DNA of 63,073 nt, filler included, from Basidiobolus ranarum (Eukaryota), in assembly GCA_040143965.1 (NCBI GenBank). It is 17 parts of 17 records of this genome, joined end to end, with 100 filler letters (N's around TTAATTAATTAA, not from the genome) between each part and the next. Parts side by side here need not be neighbours in the genome. Positions count along the whole stretch, not along the records: positions 26,060 to 29,676 come from JASJQH010009254.1; positions 29,777 to 33,392 come from JASJQH010009255.1; positions 33,493 to 37,107 come from JASJQH010009256.1; positions 37,208 to 40,820 come from JASJQH010009257.1; 13 more parts are not named here. One strand, 5' to 3'. Positions 26,060 to 38,340 of the stretch are shown piece by piece (the stretch's first letter is position 1; each line of letters begins with the position of its first letter). The notes under the pieces were generated by a model that was not told the DNA's origin, did not search any database, and worked only from the letters and a program-made list of their open reading frames with translations. A program made the position numbers and the translations under genes.

Positions 26060-27545
26060 GCCCTGTATGGATCGTAACTAACTGTGAAGTATCTCAGGAT
26101 CTTTGGGTGTTCAGCATATTGCAAAATTCCAGCTCAAAAGTGCTCTTAATTGGAACCCAAAAGCAGATAATGCATATGCAATGGTTATTGTGATGGACCT
26201 AAGGCCTCCAAATTGTTTGATATCAGAAATCAGAAGTTGCTCAAGTGCAGATATGTGATCTTGGGTGAAAATGCCAGTATTTCACCTCAAATCACAGTTC
26301 TTGATCCTGAAAACACATTAAGCACTATTGAGGAAGTGTCGGACAAAATTCCAGCTGTATCTTAGCCCTGTTTAACAGAAATTCCAGTCCCAAATATATC
26401 AGAGAATGATTCAGGACCCAGATGATCATCCAGAAGGAGAAATAAGCTGGGAAACTGGTGGAACACCTCTAATGTTGATATATATGCTTATGCAGCATTT
26501 TGTGACAAGCCATAGACTCTAGATCAAGCTCTGGAGTGTACAGAAACAAAATTATGGGAAAAAGCAGTATCAGATGAGCTTTCTTTGCTCAGGACAATAA
26601 AACATCAATTTTAAGTCCTCTTCCATCCGGGAGAAAGTCAATAGGCTGCAAGTGGGTCTACAAAGTCAAAAACCAAGCTGATGGAACCATAGAAAGGTAC
26701 AAAGCAAGATTAGTTGCAAAAGGCTATTCCCCAACACCAGGAGCTGAACTTAATGAAACTTTTACTCCAGTAGCTAAGCTTAGCTCCAATAGATCAATCC
26801 TGGCACTCTCAGTCATCCATAACCTGATCTACATCAAATGGATGTAAAAACAGCCATTCTGTGTGGAAATTAAGAAGAAGAGATCTATATGGCACAACCA
26901 GATGCATTTGTTGACCCAAGACATCCTGACATGGTCTTTGAACTGCAAAAACCACTATATGAACTCAAGCAAGCACCCAGGGCATGGCACAACAAGATAG
27001 ATACCTATTAGGAATCACTGTAATACTAATAATGTACAGCAGATCACAGTATTTACATAAAAACAACTGAAATAGGATTCTTATCTTGGCACTATATGCT
27101 GATGACTTGATTAGAGCTACAAATGTTCTAGAATCTCTTAATCAGATATAAAGCAGCTTGTTAAACCAATTTCAGATGACTGATATGGGTTCAGTTATTT
27201 CTTGGAATCCATATCAATAGAGATAAACCCAATCAGAAAAGCATGCTGAATCAGTCTAGATACATCTTTGACTTCCTAGAATGCCTCAACAGGGAGAATA
27301 GCAAGCCTTTATTAACACAAATGGATCCCAATGTAAAATTAAGCAAAATTTCACTTGATTTGGCCCAAAATGACTGAAATCAAAGCCAAGAGTTTCCTTA
27401 TCAATGCAAGGTGGATATTTTACTGTATACAATGGTTGGAATACATCCAGAGTTCCCTTATCAATCCATGGTGGATAGTTTAATGTATACAATGGCTGGA
27501 ACTCATCCAGACATTGCTGTGGCAGTGGGAACAGTCAGCTTATCT
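26060..27545 (+). mobile_element. Copia family B pol remnant: integrase C-terminus and RT
   Basis: [56 protein letters not shown], duplicated PYQS..HPDIA segment; many stops. Confidence 0.92.
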
Positions 27546-27775
27546 CTCAAAAATCCATGATCTGTGCACAAACCTGTGGTAAACCAATTATTTGTTGAAA
27601 GTCTGGTGACTTGTGGTACAAATGGAAATTCCCAAAGAGGAAAATATGGAGTATGGTGACTGCATCTGAACACAAAGTCTAAGGCCATTCAGTTGCTTGT
27701 ACAGCTGCAATGCCAAAGTATCATACATTGACAGACTAGGTTAAGATTCCCAAGCAATATAGGCATAGCATACAA

Positions 27776-27848
27776 GGACTGGTAGCTCAGTAGTTAGATC
27801 ACCTTGCTAGAGTGAATGTGGTCCCAGGTTGAAATCCTGGCCGGTCAA
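27776..27848 (+). tRNA. Degenerate tRNA gene or tRNA-derived SINE head; isotype not assignable
   Basis: A-box TAGCTCAGTAG, T-arm CCAGG-TTGAAAT-CCTGG, acceptor stem GACTGG/CCGGTC; anticodon arm mispaired; T10 run at 27872-27881. Confidence 0.7.
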
Positions 27849-27894
27849 TATTTCTCCCTAACTAATTTCAATTTTTTTTTTCGGGCTCATAACC

Positions 27895-28245
27895 TGATCA
27901 AAGCGTTGAGGGGATTTGGAAGTATTTTGGACAAGATTGGATTTGCAAATTAGACAATTAAGTTTTATTGAATTGAATATGTCCTATTTATAGTTTACTA
28001 TGAAATAGGACTATTGGATGTGCTTAGGTCTTAACAAACATGCCTGTTGAACATGGGTGAAAGTTTGAGGTGATTTGGAGAAGTTACAAGAAAATAGTGA
28101 AAATCGGTAAAAGTGATCTAATTGATATTTCTATCAATTAGAGCAATAAACACACATTTTTGAATGACAGAATTGAGTGCTAAATCATCAAAATATGAAC
28201 AGACTAACTACTAAATAATGAGTTGCTATTTACCTAATTTTGACA
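27895..28245 (-). repeat. Copia LTR family B (351 bp), with PPT on one side and PBS on the other
   Basis: TG...CA termini; homologous to 58284-58634; PPT TTGAGTGGGAA at 28246-28256 and PBS GGTTATGAGCCC at 27883-27894 (both minus strand). Confidence 0.9.
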
Positions 28246-28256
28246 TTCCCACTCAA

Positions 28257-28687
28257 CTAATTATTTTGTATTTCTCTTAAACCTAGCTTATGTCTGAGTA
28301 GATTGAATTGTGCTTTAGCTAAATGTTTGCTTGAGATACAGCTATCATTTCTTTCAGTAAGGCAATAGACAAGTTCAATTATATTATTCTCTATTGCTTC
28401 TCTGGCAAAATGATGCCCAATATCTATATGTTTTGTTCTAGCATGAAATGTTAGGTTTTTAGCTAATGAAATACAAGTTTGATTGTCTTCAAGTATAGTA
28501 TTAGCACATTTTTGCATGTATCCTAAGTCTGTAAATAACTTCCTTAAGCACATAGCTTAGTTGTAGATCTTCTAACATCAAGATTTCTTCCCCAGTCTGC
28601 ATCTGGGTAGCCTTCAAAATATTGTGCCTCATGAGTGGTGCAGTATTCCAGAACTAGATCTGCAGTTCTTCTCAAATACCTGAATAT
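28257..28687 (-). mobile_element. Copia RNase H remnant
   Basis: GYPDADWG, EDNQTCISLAKN..FHARTKHIDIGHHFARE. Confidence 0.93.
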
Positions 28688-29676
28688 TGATAAAAGTGTT
28701 TAGGGGATTTGGAAGTGTTTTGGACAAGATTTGGATTTGTGAATTAGACACTTTCAAATCCCCTAAACACCTTTATCAGGTCATGAGCCCCTAGCTATAT
28801 ATAGAGCCAAAGGGACCATTAGAAGCTATCCTTGCCTTTTACATGAAGCAGAGCAAAGCACTATCTACAATTTTTCTACACCTCAGAGATTCTCAATTGA
28901 GGCACATTTAACCAGCCAAAAATGTCCAAAATGCTTGGGAAACACTTGCAGGACTATATGAGACTAAAAGTCTGGCTAATAAGCTATACCTTAGGTGAAG
29001 ATTATTCTCAATTTGGATGAATCCTGATGATTTTATGCTTAATCATATAAATTGGATAAAAACTATGGCAGATCAGCTCTCATCCATTGGAGCACCTCTA
29101 AACAAATATAACTTAGTCATGACACTAATTGGGAGCCTGCCAGATAAGTTTGGGAACCTCATAATGGCCCTAGAATAAAGATCAGATCCATTAACAATGG
29201 AATATATTGGTGGTAGGCTTTTGAATGATGAATTAAGGAAATCTACTTCTCAGCAAAATAATACAGAATGGGCATTTTTTAGAGCTGTAAAATGTCCAAC
29301 AGGCTTCAATAATGGTGCCCCTATTAGGAAATTAATCATCTGCAAGTATTGCAAGAAACCAGGCCATTTAATCAAAGATTGCAGAAAAAAGATTTTTGCC
29401 AAAAAGCCAAAAAAGGAACAAGCAAATCAAGTAAGTGCTGATAGAGATCATCTATTTGTGTCTGCCCAATCAGTAACCACTAAAGAAGACTCAGAAACTT
29501 GGTACACTGATTCAGGAGCTTCCCAGCTTATGTCAAACGGGAAAGATTGGTTTTCCGGCTTAAAACTAATCCAAACAAGGAAAGTGTACTTAGGTGATGA
29601 CTTTGCACTAGATGCAGTTGGTAAGGGCACAGTTGTACTTAAGACCAAAATTCAGCTACACTATCTGCAAAATTGG
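28688..29676 (+). mobile_element. Copia family B fold-back LTR end, PBS, and decayed gag-protease
   Basis: Inverted LTR-B ends at 28688-28778, PBS GGTCATGAGCCC at 28779-28790, CKYCKKPGHLIKDC, WYTDSGAS; homologous to 57240-58280. Confidence 0.9.
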
Positions 29677-29776
29677 NNNNNNNNNNNNNNNNNNNNNNNN
29701 NNNNNNNNNNNNNNNNNNNNTTAATTAATTAANNNNNNNNNNNNNNNNNNNNNNNNNNNNNNNNNNNNNNNNNNNN

Positions 29777-32700
29777 TATAAGCAAACTCAGCAAGAGGCA
29801 AGAGTTGTGTCCAATTATCTTGATTATAGTTGATAGTGCATCACAAATATTGTTCCAAAACTTGATTGACTCTTTCTGTTTGGCCATTGGATTGGGGATG
29901 GAAGGTAGTGGAGAGATTGGCAGAGACACCCAAGGTATGGACAAGACTTTTCCAGAATTTGGAAGCAAACTGAGGTCCTTGATCAGAGATGATAGTTTCA
30001 GGGAGTCCATGTAGGTGGAAGATATTTTGAGTTACCAATTCTGCTGTTTGTTTTGCATTAATTGACTTGTTGCAGGGCACAAAGTGGGCCATCTTTGTTA
30101 GACAGTCAACAATTACCTGAATTGAATCATATTTGGCAGACAAGGGTAGATTAGTTATGAAATCCAGGGATATGGACTTCCACTGCTAATCAGGAATTGG
30201 AAGAGGCTGTAGGAAGCTATAGGGCTGATGTCTTGGAGTCTTCACTCAAGCACAGGTATAACAGGTTGAAACATAAGTCTTGACAAGTGCAAACTTTTTG
30301 GGCCAATAATAACCCCCGGATGCCAACATATATGATTTGGCAACACCAAAGTGTCCTGCTAGTTGTGAGTCATATCTTTCCTGCATGATTTTGAGTCTGG
30401 AAGTGTGGTCTGGAATGTAGACTCACTTCTTATAAAGCAAGAGATCATTGATGATAGAGAAATGGTGGTACAGATTCATGCTTGTGAGGTCTTTGGGTGT
30501 TTCCTGGGCTTTCTTGATTGATATTACCAATAGGTCTTCAAATTGAAGTTTGTGGATGTTTTCATGGAATGTGCTTAAAGTAGGCAGAGAAAGGGCAGTT
30601 GAACTAATTTGAAGTTGGTGGGGTTCAGTAAGGAAGTATTTTGTTGGCCAAAGGCCTTACCCCTTCTTAAGGCTGATATTCTGCTCTATATGATAAGGCA
30701 TCAGGCTTTCCTTGCTGGTTACCTGGTTGATATGTGATCACAAAATCAAAACTGGCAAGAAATAATAACCATCTTGCTTGATAATGGTTGAGAACTTTGG
30801 TTGTACTAAAATACTCAAGATTCTTGTGATCACAATTAGCTGTGATTTTGTGATTTACTCCATCCAAGTATTGTTGCTATTGTTCAAACACAACAATAAT
30901 TGCTAATGGTTCCTTGTCATAGATGTCATGGTTGATTTCTGTGGCAGAGAACTTTGTTGAGTAAAAGGCAACAGGGTGTAGTAAGTTGTCACCATCCAAC
31001 CGTGATAATACTGCTCCTAGAGCAAAGTCGCATACATCAGTTTCAACAGTGAATGGCTTGTCTAGCTTGGGATGTGCCACAATTGATGCAGAGGTAAAAG
31101 CACCCTTTAAAGTTACTAATGCTTGTTGGCAAGATGGGTTCTAGTTAAATGAGAGTTCTTTCTTTGTAAGGTTTGTTAATGGAGCAGATATTTTGGAGTA
31201 GTTCTTGACAAAGCATAAGTAAAAGTTTCCAAATCCAAGGAAAGATTGAACATCCTTCACATTCTTCAGAATATCCCAAGACAGAACAGATTCAACCTTC
31301 TTAAGGACCATGGAGATGCCTGATGGGCTGATGTTATATCCAAGAAATTCAACTTGAGCTTGATCAAATTCACATTTCTCAAGTTTGGCATAGAGCCCAG
31401 AGGTTTTGAGCTTTTCTAGGACTTGGGAAACATGAATATTATGTTTGTCTTGAGAGCTTGAGAAGACCAAGATATTGTCAAGGTAGATTACCACAAATTG
31501 GTCAAGATACTCTCTTAAGATATCATTCATCATGTGTTGAAAGACTGCAGGGGCATTGGTAAGTCCAAATGGCATGACATTGTATTCAAAGTGTCCATAG
31601 CAAGTTTGAAAGGCAGTTTTCTGTTGGCCTCCTGGTTTGATTCTTACAAGATTTTTGGCACCTCTTAGATCAATATTTGTAAACATCTTGGCTGAAGCAA
31701 ACTGATCCAAGAGTGAGTTGATTAATGGCAAGGGTATCAATTTTTGACTGTAATGCTATTTCGGCCTTGATATTCAGCACCAAGATGGAGGGATCCATCC
31801 TTTTGCTTAACAAACAAGAGTGGAGAGCCTGCTGGGGACTTTGATAGTTGGATGACTCCTTTCTCCAGATTTTCTGCAGTGTACTCCTTCAGAATGTTGA
31901 GTTCTGGCTGGGTCAGCCCATATATAGGCCCAAATGGTGGTGGTTTTCCTTCTTTTAGATCTATAGGGAAATCATATGGGTGGTGAGCTGGGAGTGTATC
32001 AGATTTCTTCTTGTCAACAACATCAGCAAAGGCTTGGTATTTGGGTGGGAGCCTATGAACCATAGGTTTTGTTGGTTTCAGCTCTTCAGCAATACTGTCA
32101 ATGGATATAGGCTTCATAGATGTTTTTAGGAGTTGGGCTGATGATGAGTTGGATACTTTGCAGGTTGGTATATATGGACTGAGAGGTGGAGTTTGTTTGA
32201 ACATGATAATCATCTTCTTCCAATTGACTACTGGGTTGTGCTTCCTGAACCATGAGATACCAAGGATGACTGGGTGATAAGGTGAAGAAATGATATTAAA
32301 CGCTATTTCTTCTTGATGAGCAGTGGACATGAGTGTCATAAAGGTTGTCTCATGTGTTACAGCACCTGATGATTGTAGCCTTCCATCAACTACTTCTACA
32401 AGGACTGGACTAGATTTCTTGATTGTTAGGATAGAGTGGGCTTTTACAAAGACAGAGTCAATAAAGCAGGAGGAAGCACCTGAATCAAGAAGTGCAGTTG
32501 TTTTTATTTACTAGGAACTTGGTAGCAGGAGTGTAATGGGCAGCTTTAATGATTTGTATGACTGCAGAGATTGCAATGTATAGTGAAGATACATTTTTGA
32601 AGATGGTTTGCCCAACTGCATGCCCATTATTGCAGCTGGGCATTGAAGTTTTCCAAGGGTTGGGAAGAGTTCCCTTCAACCTGCATAGTGTTGAACTTAA

Positions 32701-33392
32701 ATCCAGGATTCTTTTTTGGACAGGTTCTTGCTGCATGTCCAGGAGCTCCACAATAGAGGCATAGATTCTGTTGTTGGTGTCAATGTTTCTCCTCAGGGCT
32801 AAGCTTTCTGAAGCAAGCACCATCAATTTGCATTGGGTCATCAGCTTGAGCTGTATTTTGTGTTTGATGGAAGAGAGGTCTGAGAGTAGATGATGAAGGG
32901 CAGAAGAAAGGAGCCATATTTCTTTGTTGTTGTTTTTCAAAAAACCAGTTGTCACATTTAACTGCCTGGTCGAAAGCATCAGTCAAGGTCACTGGGTCAG
33001 CCATAGTGAGTAAAGATCCTTAACATTTTCTTGGAGTTGGTATTGGAATTGGTTGATCAGGGTGGATTCTCCCCAATTGAGATCACAGGCAAGGAGGCAG
33101 AATTCTGCAGCATAAGTTGACGCAGGCTTTGACCCTTGTTTAAGTATACAGATCTTGGTGGCTGAAGTTCTTTCCTTATCTGCATTTCTGAATGTGGCTT
33201 CCAGTTCAGCAAGAAAGGCAAGGAAGTTTGAAAGAAGTGGAGATTGACTTTCCAGCAAACAGGCAAACCAAGATAGAGCTGTTCCTGATAATAGTGTTCC
33301 CACTAAGCCTACTTTTGTTTGGTCAGAGGGGTAGCAATGGGGATGAAACTGGATGATGAGCTTTAGTTGGTTAAAAAAACCACAATAGTTTT
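29777..33392 (-). mobile_element. Ty3/gypsy (Tf2-like) gag-PR-RT-RNaseH-integrase, decayed
   Basis: Gag zinc knuckle CLYCGAPGH, LLDSGASSCF, VMPFGLTNAPAVFQ, YLDN (for YLDD), VETDVCDFALGAVL, ISDQGPQF, HPQSNGQTERVNQ in gypsy domain order. Confidence 0.96.
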
Positions 33393-33492
33393 NNNNNNNN
33401 NNNNNNNNNNNNNNNNNNNNNNNNNNNNNNNNNNNNTTAATTAATTAANNNNNNNNNNNNNNNNNNNNNNNNNNNNNNNNNNNNNNNNNNNN

Positions 33493-34283
33493 CTAACAAG
33501 CATAACCGTATCTTCATGAAGGCCTTCCCTCTCCAAGAGGAACTTTCCAACGATATCGAAGAGGGTAAGATTACTCCTCGTGATGATTTCAAGGCTCGTG
33601 CCCGTGTTCTCGCTGAGGAATATGAATGGGATGTTACTGATGCCCGTAAGATCTGGTGCTTCGGTCCTGATACCAACGGACCCAATCTTTTGGTTGATGT
33701 CACCAAGGGTGTCCAATACCTTAACGAAATCAAGGACTCTTGCGTCGCTGCTTTCCAATGGGCTACCAAGGAAGGTGTCTGCGCTGATGAATCTATGCGT
33801 GGTTGCCGTTTCAACATTCTTGATGTTGTTCTTCACGCTGATGCCATCCATCGTGGTGGTGGTCAAATCATCCCTACCTGCCGTCGTGCCATTTACGCTT
33901 CCGTCTTGGTTGCCGATCCTGGTCTCTATGAGCCTGTTTACCTCGTTGAAATCCAATGCCCTGAAACTGCCATGGGTGGTATTTATGGTGTATTGAACAG
34001 ACGTCGTGGTCATGTTATCTCTGAAGAACAACGTCCTGGTACCCCACTTTACAACGTCAAGGCCTATTTGCCTGTTAACGAATCATTCGGTTTCACCGCC
34101 GATCTTCGTTCCAACACCGGTGGTCAAGCCTTCCCTCAATGTGTCTTCGATCACTGGCAATTGATGAACGGTTCTCCTCTCGATGCTACCTCTAAGGTTG
34201 GTGAGATCGTCAGAAGCATCCGTAAGAGAAAGGGTCTTGCTGAAGAGATTCCTCCTCTTGATCGTTTCTTAGATAAATTATAA
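33493..34283 (+). CDS. EEF2: Eukaryotic translation elongation factor 2, C-terminal part (5'-truncated)
   Basis: [31 protein letters not shown] (diphthamide His), [26 protein letters not shown], terminal FLDKL; strong codon bias. Confidence 0.99.
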
Positions 34284-35349
34284 ACTACTAAATGGGACTA
34301 TAATCGGGGATTCACTTGAATATGGGTGGATTATCATTCATCCACGATCCCTTTGTCTTCATTTGTACCTAGCATACCTTAAATAAATTGAACTTATTAG
34401 AATATTTATCTTGGGATAATTTCCCTGATGTAGTAACACTTGGTGTAACCCGGTAGTCGATTCGGATTCCAAGAAAACCCCGTTTTGGATAACAATTGAC
34501 TTCAAAGAGCATTCTATTCCAAATGGAGAGAATTCGATCCGATTGAAATCGCGGTTAAGTACCGGATAATACAAGAAAGAAAAGTTATACTCGATATCAT
34601 ATGATTTGGCTTAAATACAGTATTGCGGAGTTAGATTCCAATTCATCATCCGGGTAATAGTAGATCTGCGTAAGATCGACAAAAAGAGTTTGGATTTTTA
34701 ATACTAAATGCTATCGATTAGGTCAGGTTGAGAAGGTCTTGGATTTGCATTATCAAGCTGCGAGTTGAAAATTCTGGATTCTTTAATGCCTTCAAATACA
34801 ACAGATTAGGGATTATCCTCTCCTAATACTGACAATCTCACGAGATAGATAAATGAAAACCAAGGGTTAGGAATTGTTTACTTTACTTCTGGGTGGTATG
34901 CCTTATCTTATCAACATTTCCCTGTCGATTCACATGTATATTATTCTCTAGTTCATATCAAATAGTAGGAAATGTCACCGCACTTCATTTACAAGCAGTG
35001 ATGAATAAAAGTAGGTGATGCAAATTAATGATATATTAAAGAGTGATAAGGAATAGGTATTTTGTTGTTGGCTTATATATTCAAGTGGATAGGTAACAAC
35101 ATAGTTCCACTTCTACAGGTAATACTGTATATAGTAATAAGATTGTATTTGAGATACTTTTGGGAGTATGAAATATGGGAGTAATTTTGATACCTTACAT
35201 TGAAATTTTATATTCCAATTTGTCAAGTCTTCAAAAAATTCACATATGTCCTTAATATACCTTTCAATTTTGAGCTTGGTGTTTGAACTCAACTTGCCAG
35301 GACATAATCTATTTGATAATTGAATATTTGAAAAAGAAAACTTGTATAA

Positions 35350-36671
35350 CAGAGATGTTTAGTAGGGACACAAATCCCCACAACAAATACTTGATTTTGA
35401 TACAATAGTTTTAAGTGATTTTGTTAGTATATCTGCCAGCATGTTTTCACTATTACAATAAATAAAATTCACTTCTTTATCTTGAACTTGCTCTCATATA
35501 CAATGATGTCTTATATTAATATGTTTTATCCTTGATGATGTTCAGGAACCCTGATGATCTCAATACAGCTAATATTCTCTTGATATATTGGGATAGGATT
35601 AACTTGATCTTATCCTAACTCCTTGGGGAGACTTCTTAGTCACATAGCTTCTTGAATAGCCATAAAGCTTTCAATGAATTCTGCTTCTGTACTTGATGAA
35701 GGAAGAGTTTGCTGTTTCTTACTAATCAAGTTTGCTTAAACACATTTCCAGTTCTAGACTTATGGTCTTCTATATTGTTAGCCCAGTCTGCAGTAACATA
35801 ACCTTCCATAATGAGTGATGTGTTTTATTGCTTACTTAATTGAATTCCACAATGTCTTGTTCCTTTCAGATAGCATAATATTGATTTCATAGCTATCCAA
35901 TGTTCCATTACCCAATTTTCCATATATTTGCTTACTGTGCTTATGGTGGACTAGTTCCATTGTGCCAGGTATTATTGGATATTGGCTCAATATAGTGGAG
36001 TAAATGCAACTTGAATGGATTATGCCAAAGGGTGCTTGATGGTGTTAAAGTATGTGGGAGCCTGTTGGAAGTGGTTTGGAGAATTAGAGAAATTGGTAGT
36101 TTTCATTTATTGATTTATTGAGTAGAAAGTTGACATTTTTAGTATTGCCCAGATGCCAACAGACTCAAATGTAAAACATGTTAAGGAGTATCCTAGAAGC
36201 ATGTGTGCAAAGCTTGTGGCTTCCAGCACAAGTTTGAAAAATCAATATATCTGGGAACTTCTAAGTTGGTGAAAGGATTCCAAGTAAATTCCAATTGAGA
36301 ATGATGGATAATATCTTGATGAAATACAGGATAACTAAGTACTAAGCTCTATATAACTATATAGGTGATTGATAAGGAAATTTCTGACTTTCATTTCTAT
36401 CCAAGAGCATCCCTTTTAAGCCATTTTTTGGTTAAGTTAAGATTTCTCTCCATAGGGGCAGATACTGGGTTACATTCATCCATTTTAAACTTCTTTAGAA
36501 AACCTAGGTTATACTTAGACCAGTTTAAAATCATTGTTTTGGTGGTTCTATCTATCCTAATTTGGATTGCAAGATAGTACATCAGTTCACCAAGATCATT
36601 CATCTTGAATTTGGTAGATAAGCTGGATTTAGTTTTCTCCAAAGTCTTCAAGTCATTAATTGATACAATAG
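35350..36671 (-). mobile_element. Copia RT and RNase H remnant interrupted by LTR-A
   Basis: FKMNDLGELMYYLAIQI (36397-36651), GYVTADWA, SSTEAEF, KHINIRHH. Confidence 0.88.
36043..36367 (-). repeat. LTR-A copy, one end truncated
   Basis: Aligns to 972-1296. Confidence 0.88.
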
Positions 36672-37107
36672 TGTTAAAGTTATTGTCTTTATCATATTTG
36701 TTATCTCCATCTTAATACACCTAACTATTTCATATATCACATGTAAGTCAGTTAACACTACTTAGTCAAATATCACTTAACTGAAAATTGGAACATATAT
36801 TATACATATATGTGAATAATGTGAGAATTAGCAATTCCATATTGAAAATTTCAAACTTGTCCAAATTGCCCCATAGATAAGTCATTTTACTCCCACAGAT
36901 GTTCTGAACACAACCCCAGTGTTAGGTTTCTGTATTTCCACCAAAATGTATAAATGCTTCATTTCTGTACCATAAATAATTATTTCACAAAGCTATTCAC
37001 AACTCCACTTCGCTAAAGTTCCTCCAAATAGCCCATATTTTGCCAATAGGTTATGAGCCCTGTGTTCTAACCTTTACAGCATGACAGAAACCACTACCAC
37101 CACTTTT
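36672..37107 (+). mobile_element. LTR-C (36672-37048), PBS (37049-37060) and gag start (ATG at 37081)
   Basis: Reverse complement of about 3777-4214; PBS GGTTATGAGCCC. Confidence 0.9.
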
Positions 37108-37207
37108 NNNNNNNNNNNNNNNNNNNNNNNNNNNNNNNNNNNNNNNNNNNNTTAATTAATTAANNNNNNNNNNNNNNNNNNNNNNNNNNNNNNNNNNNNN
37201 NNNNNNN

Positions 37208-37312
37208 CAAAACTATAAATGTCAACTTTCTACTCAATAAATCAATAAGTGAAAACCACCAATTCCTCTAATTCTCCAAACCACTTCCAACAGGCTCCCA
37301 AATACTTTAACA
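37208..37312 (+). repeat. LTR-A 3' end fragment
   Basis: Reverse complement of about 972-1080; ends TTTAACA with no PBS after it. Confidence 0.85.
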
Positions 37313-37743
37313 GAAACATCCTTCCTATTAGATGGTTGGATTGGAGGCGTTAATCAGTTTGATACTTGGGAATTTAGATACTATACCTATGCCATGAGGC
37401 TATGTTGAGCACTTGTACTAATAGCATAGCTTTCATCAATGTAATCTTTGGTGTTCTAAGTAAACATAGTAATGAGGATGTTACTTCAGTATTGAGTATT
37501 ATATTAATCATATCTTTGATTGAATTGCATTTTAAAAGGAACAGTATTCATCGATGATGAAAAGATCAGAAAACAAAGTCTTCAAGGATTAAACTGTGCA
37601 TTACTGAATGTGTTGATTGTTTGGGCCTGAGAGCGCTGCTGATAGATTCCCAACAGAGATTTTTGTTCAGAACACTCCAGATATGTATGAAATTGATTTC
37701 AATACAAGTTTTGTTTGAATATGATCTAGCTTAAACATCTATA

Positions 37744-38073
37744 TGTTAAAGTATTTTGGCAGCCTGTTGGAAGTGGTTCGGAGATATAGAGAAGTTGGTG
37801 GTTTTCACTTATTGATTAATTGTGTAGAAAGGTGAAATTTATAGTTTTGTCAAGACATAAACAAACTAGAGAGTGGAATGTGTTAAGAAAGGTCTCAGGA
37901 ACATATGTGCAGAGTTTGGGGCTTCTAGCACAAGCTATCAAAATCTATATATCAGAGAACTTCTAAGTGAATTCCTCATGAGAATAGTGGGTAATATCTT
38001 AGTTCAGTATAGGATAACAAAATACTAAGCTATGTACGACTATATAGGTGTTTAGGCAATGCTAATTTTAACA
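37744..38073 (-). repeat. Solo LTR-A with 5-bp target-site duplication CTATA
   Basis: CTATA-TGTTAAAG...TTTAACA-CTATA. Confidence 0.93.
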
Positions 38074-38084
38074 CTATAAAGGCA

Positions 38085-38340
38085 TATAGCTAGCTATAGA
38101 CTTGACTATGTTATTGTTCAATATCTTCACTGGGTTATATATGTTTCTCAAACTTGGCCAAAAGACCTCGAACTTTGTACATATGTTTCTGAGATCTTCT
38201 TGAACATATTATACTCATTAGATTATTTACCTCTTGACAAAAGTATAAATGTCAACTTGCACTCAATAAATCAGAGAGTGAAAACCACCATTCTTCTAGT
38301 TCTCTAAATCACTTCCAACAGCTCCCAAGGTATTTCAATA
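38085..38340 (+). repeat. Older degenerate LTR-A, inverted relative to the adjacent solo LTR
   Basis: TATAAATGTCAACTT..GTGAAAACCACCA..CACTTCCAACAGCTCCCAA matches the LTR-A reverse complement. Confidence 0.75.

Noticed and set aside
33437-34031. Long antisense and alternate-frame ORFs over eEF2 (also over ubiquitin, FAN1 and the methyltransferase)
   Set aside because: These are shadow ORFs caused by codon bias in the real genes.
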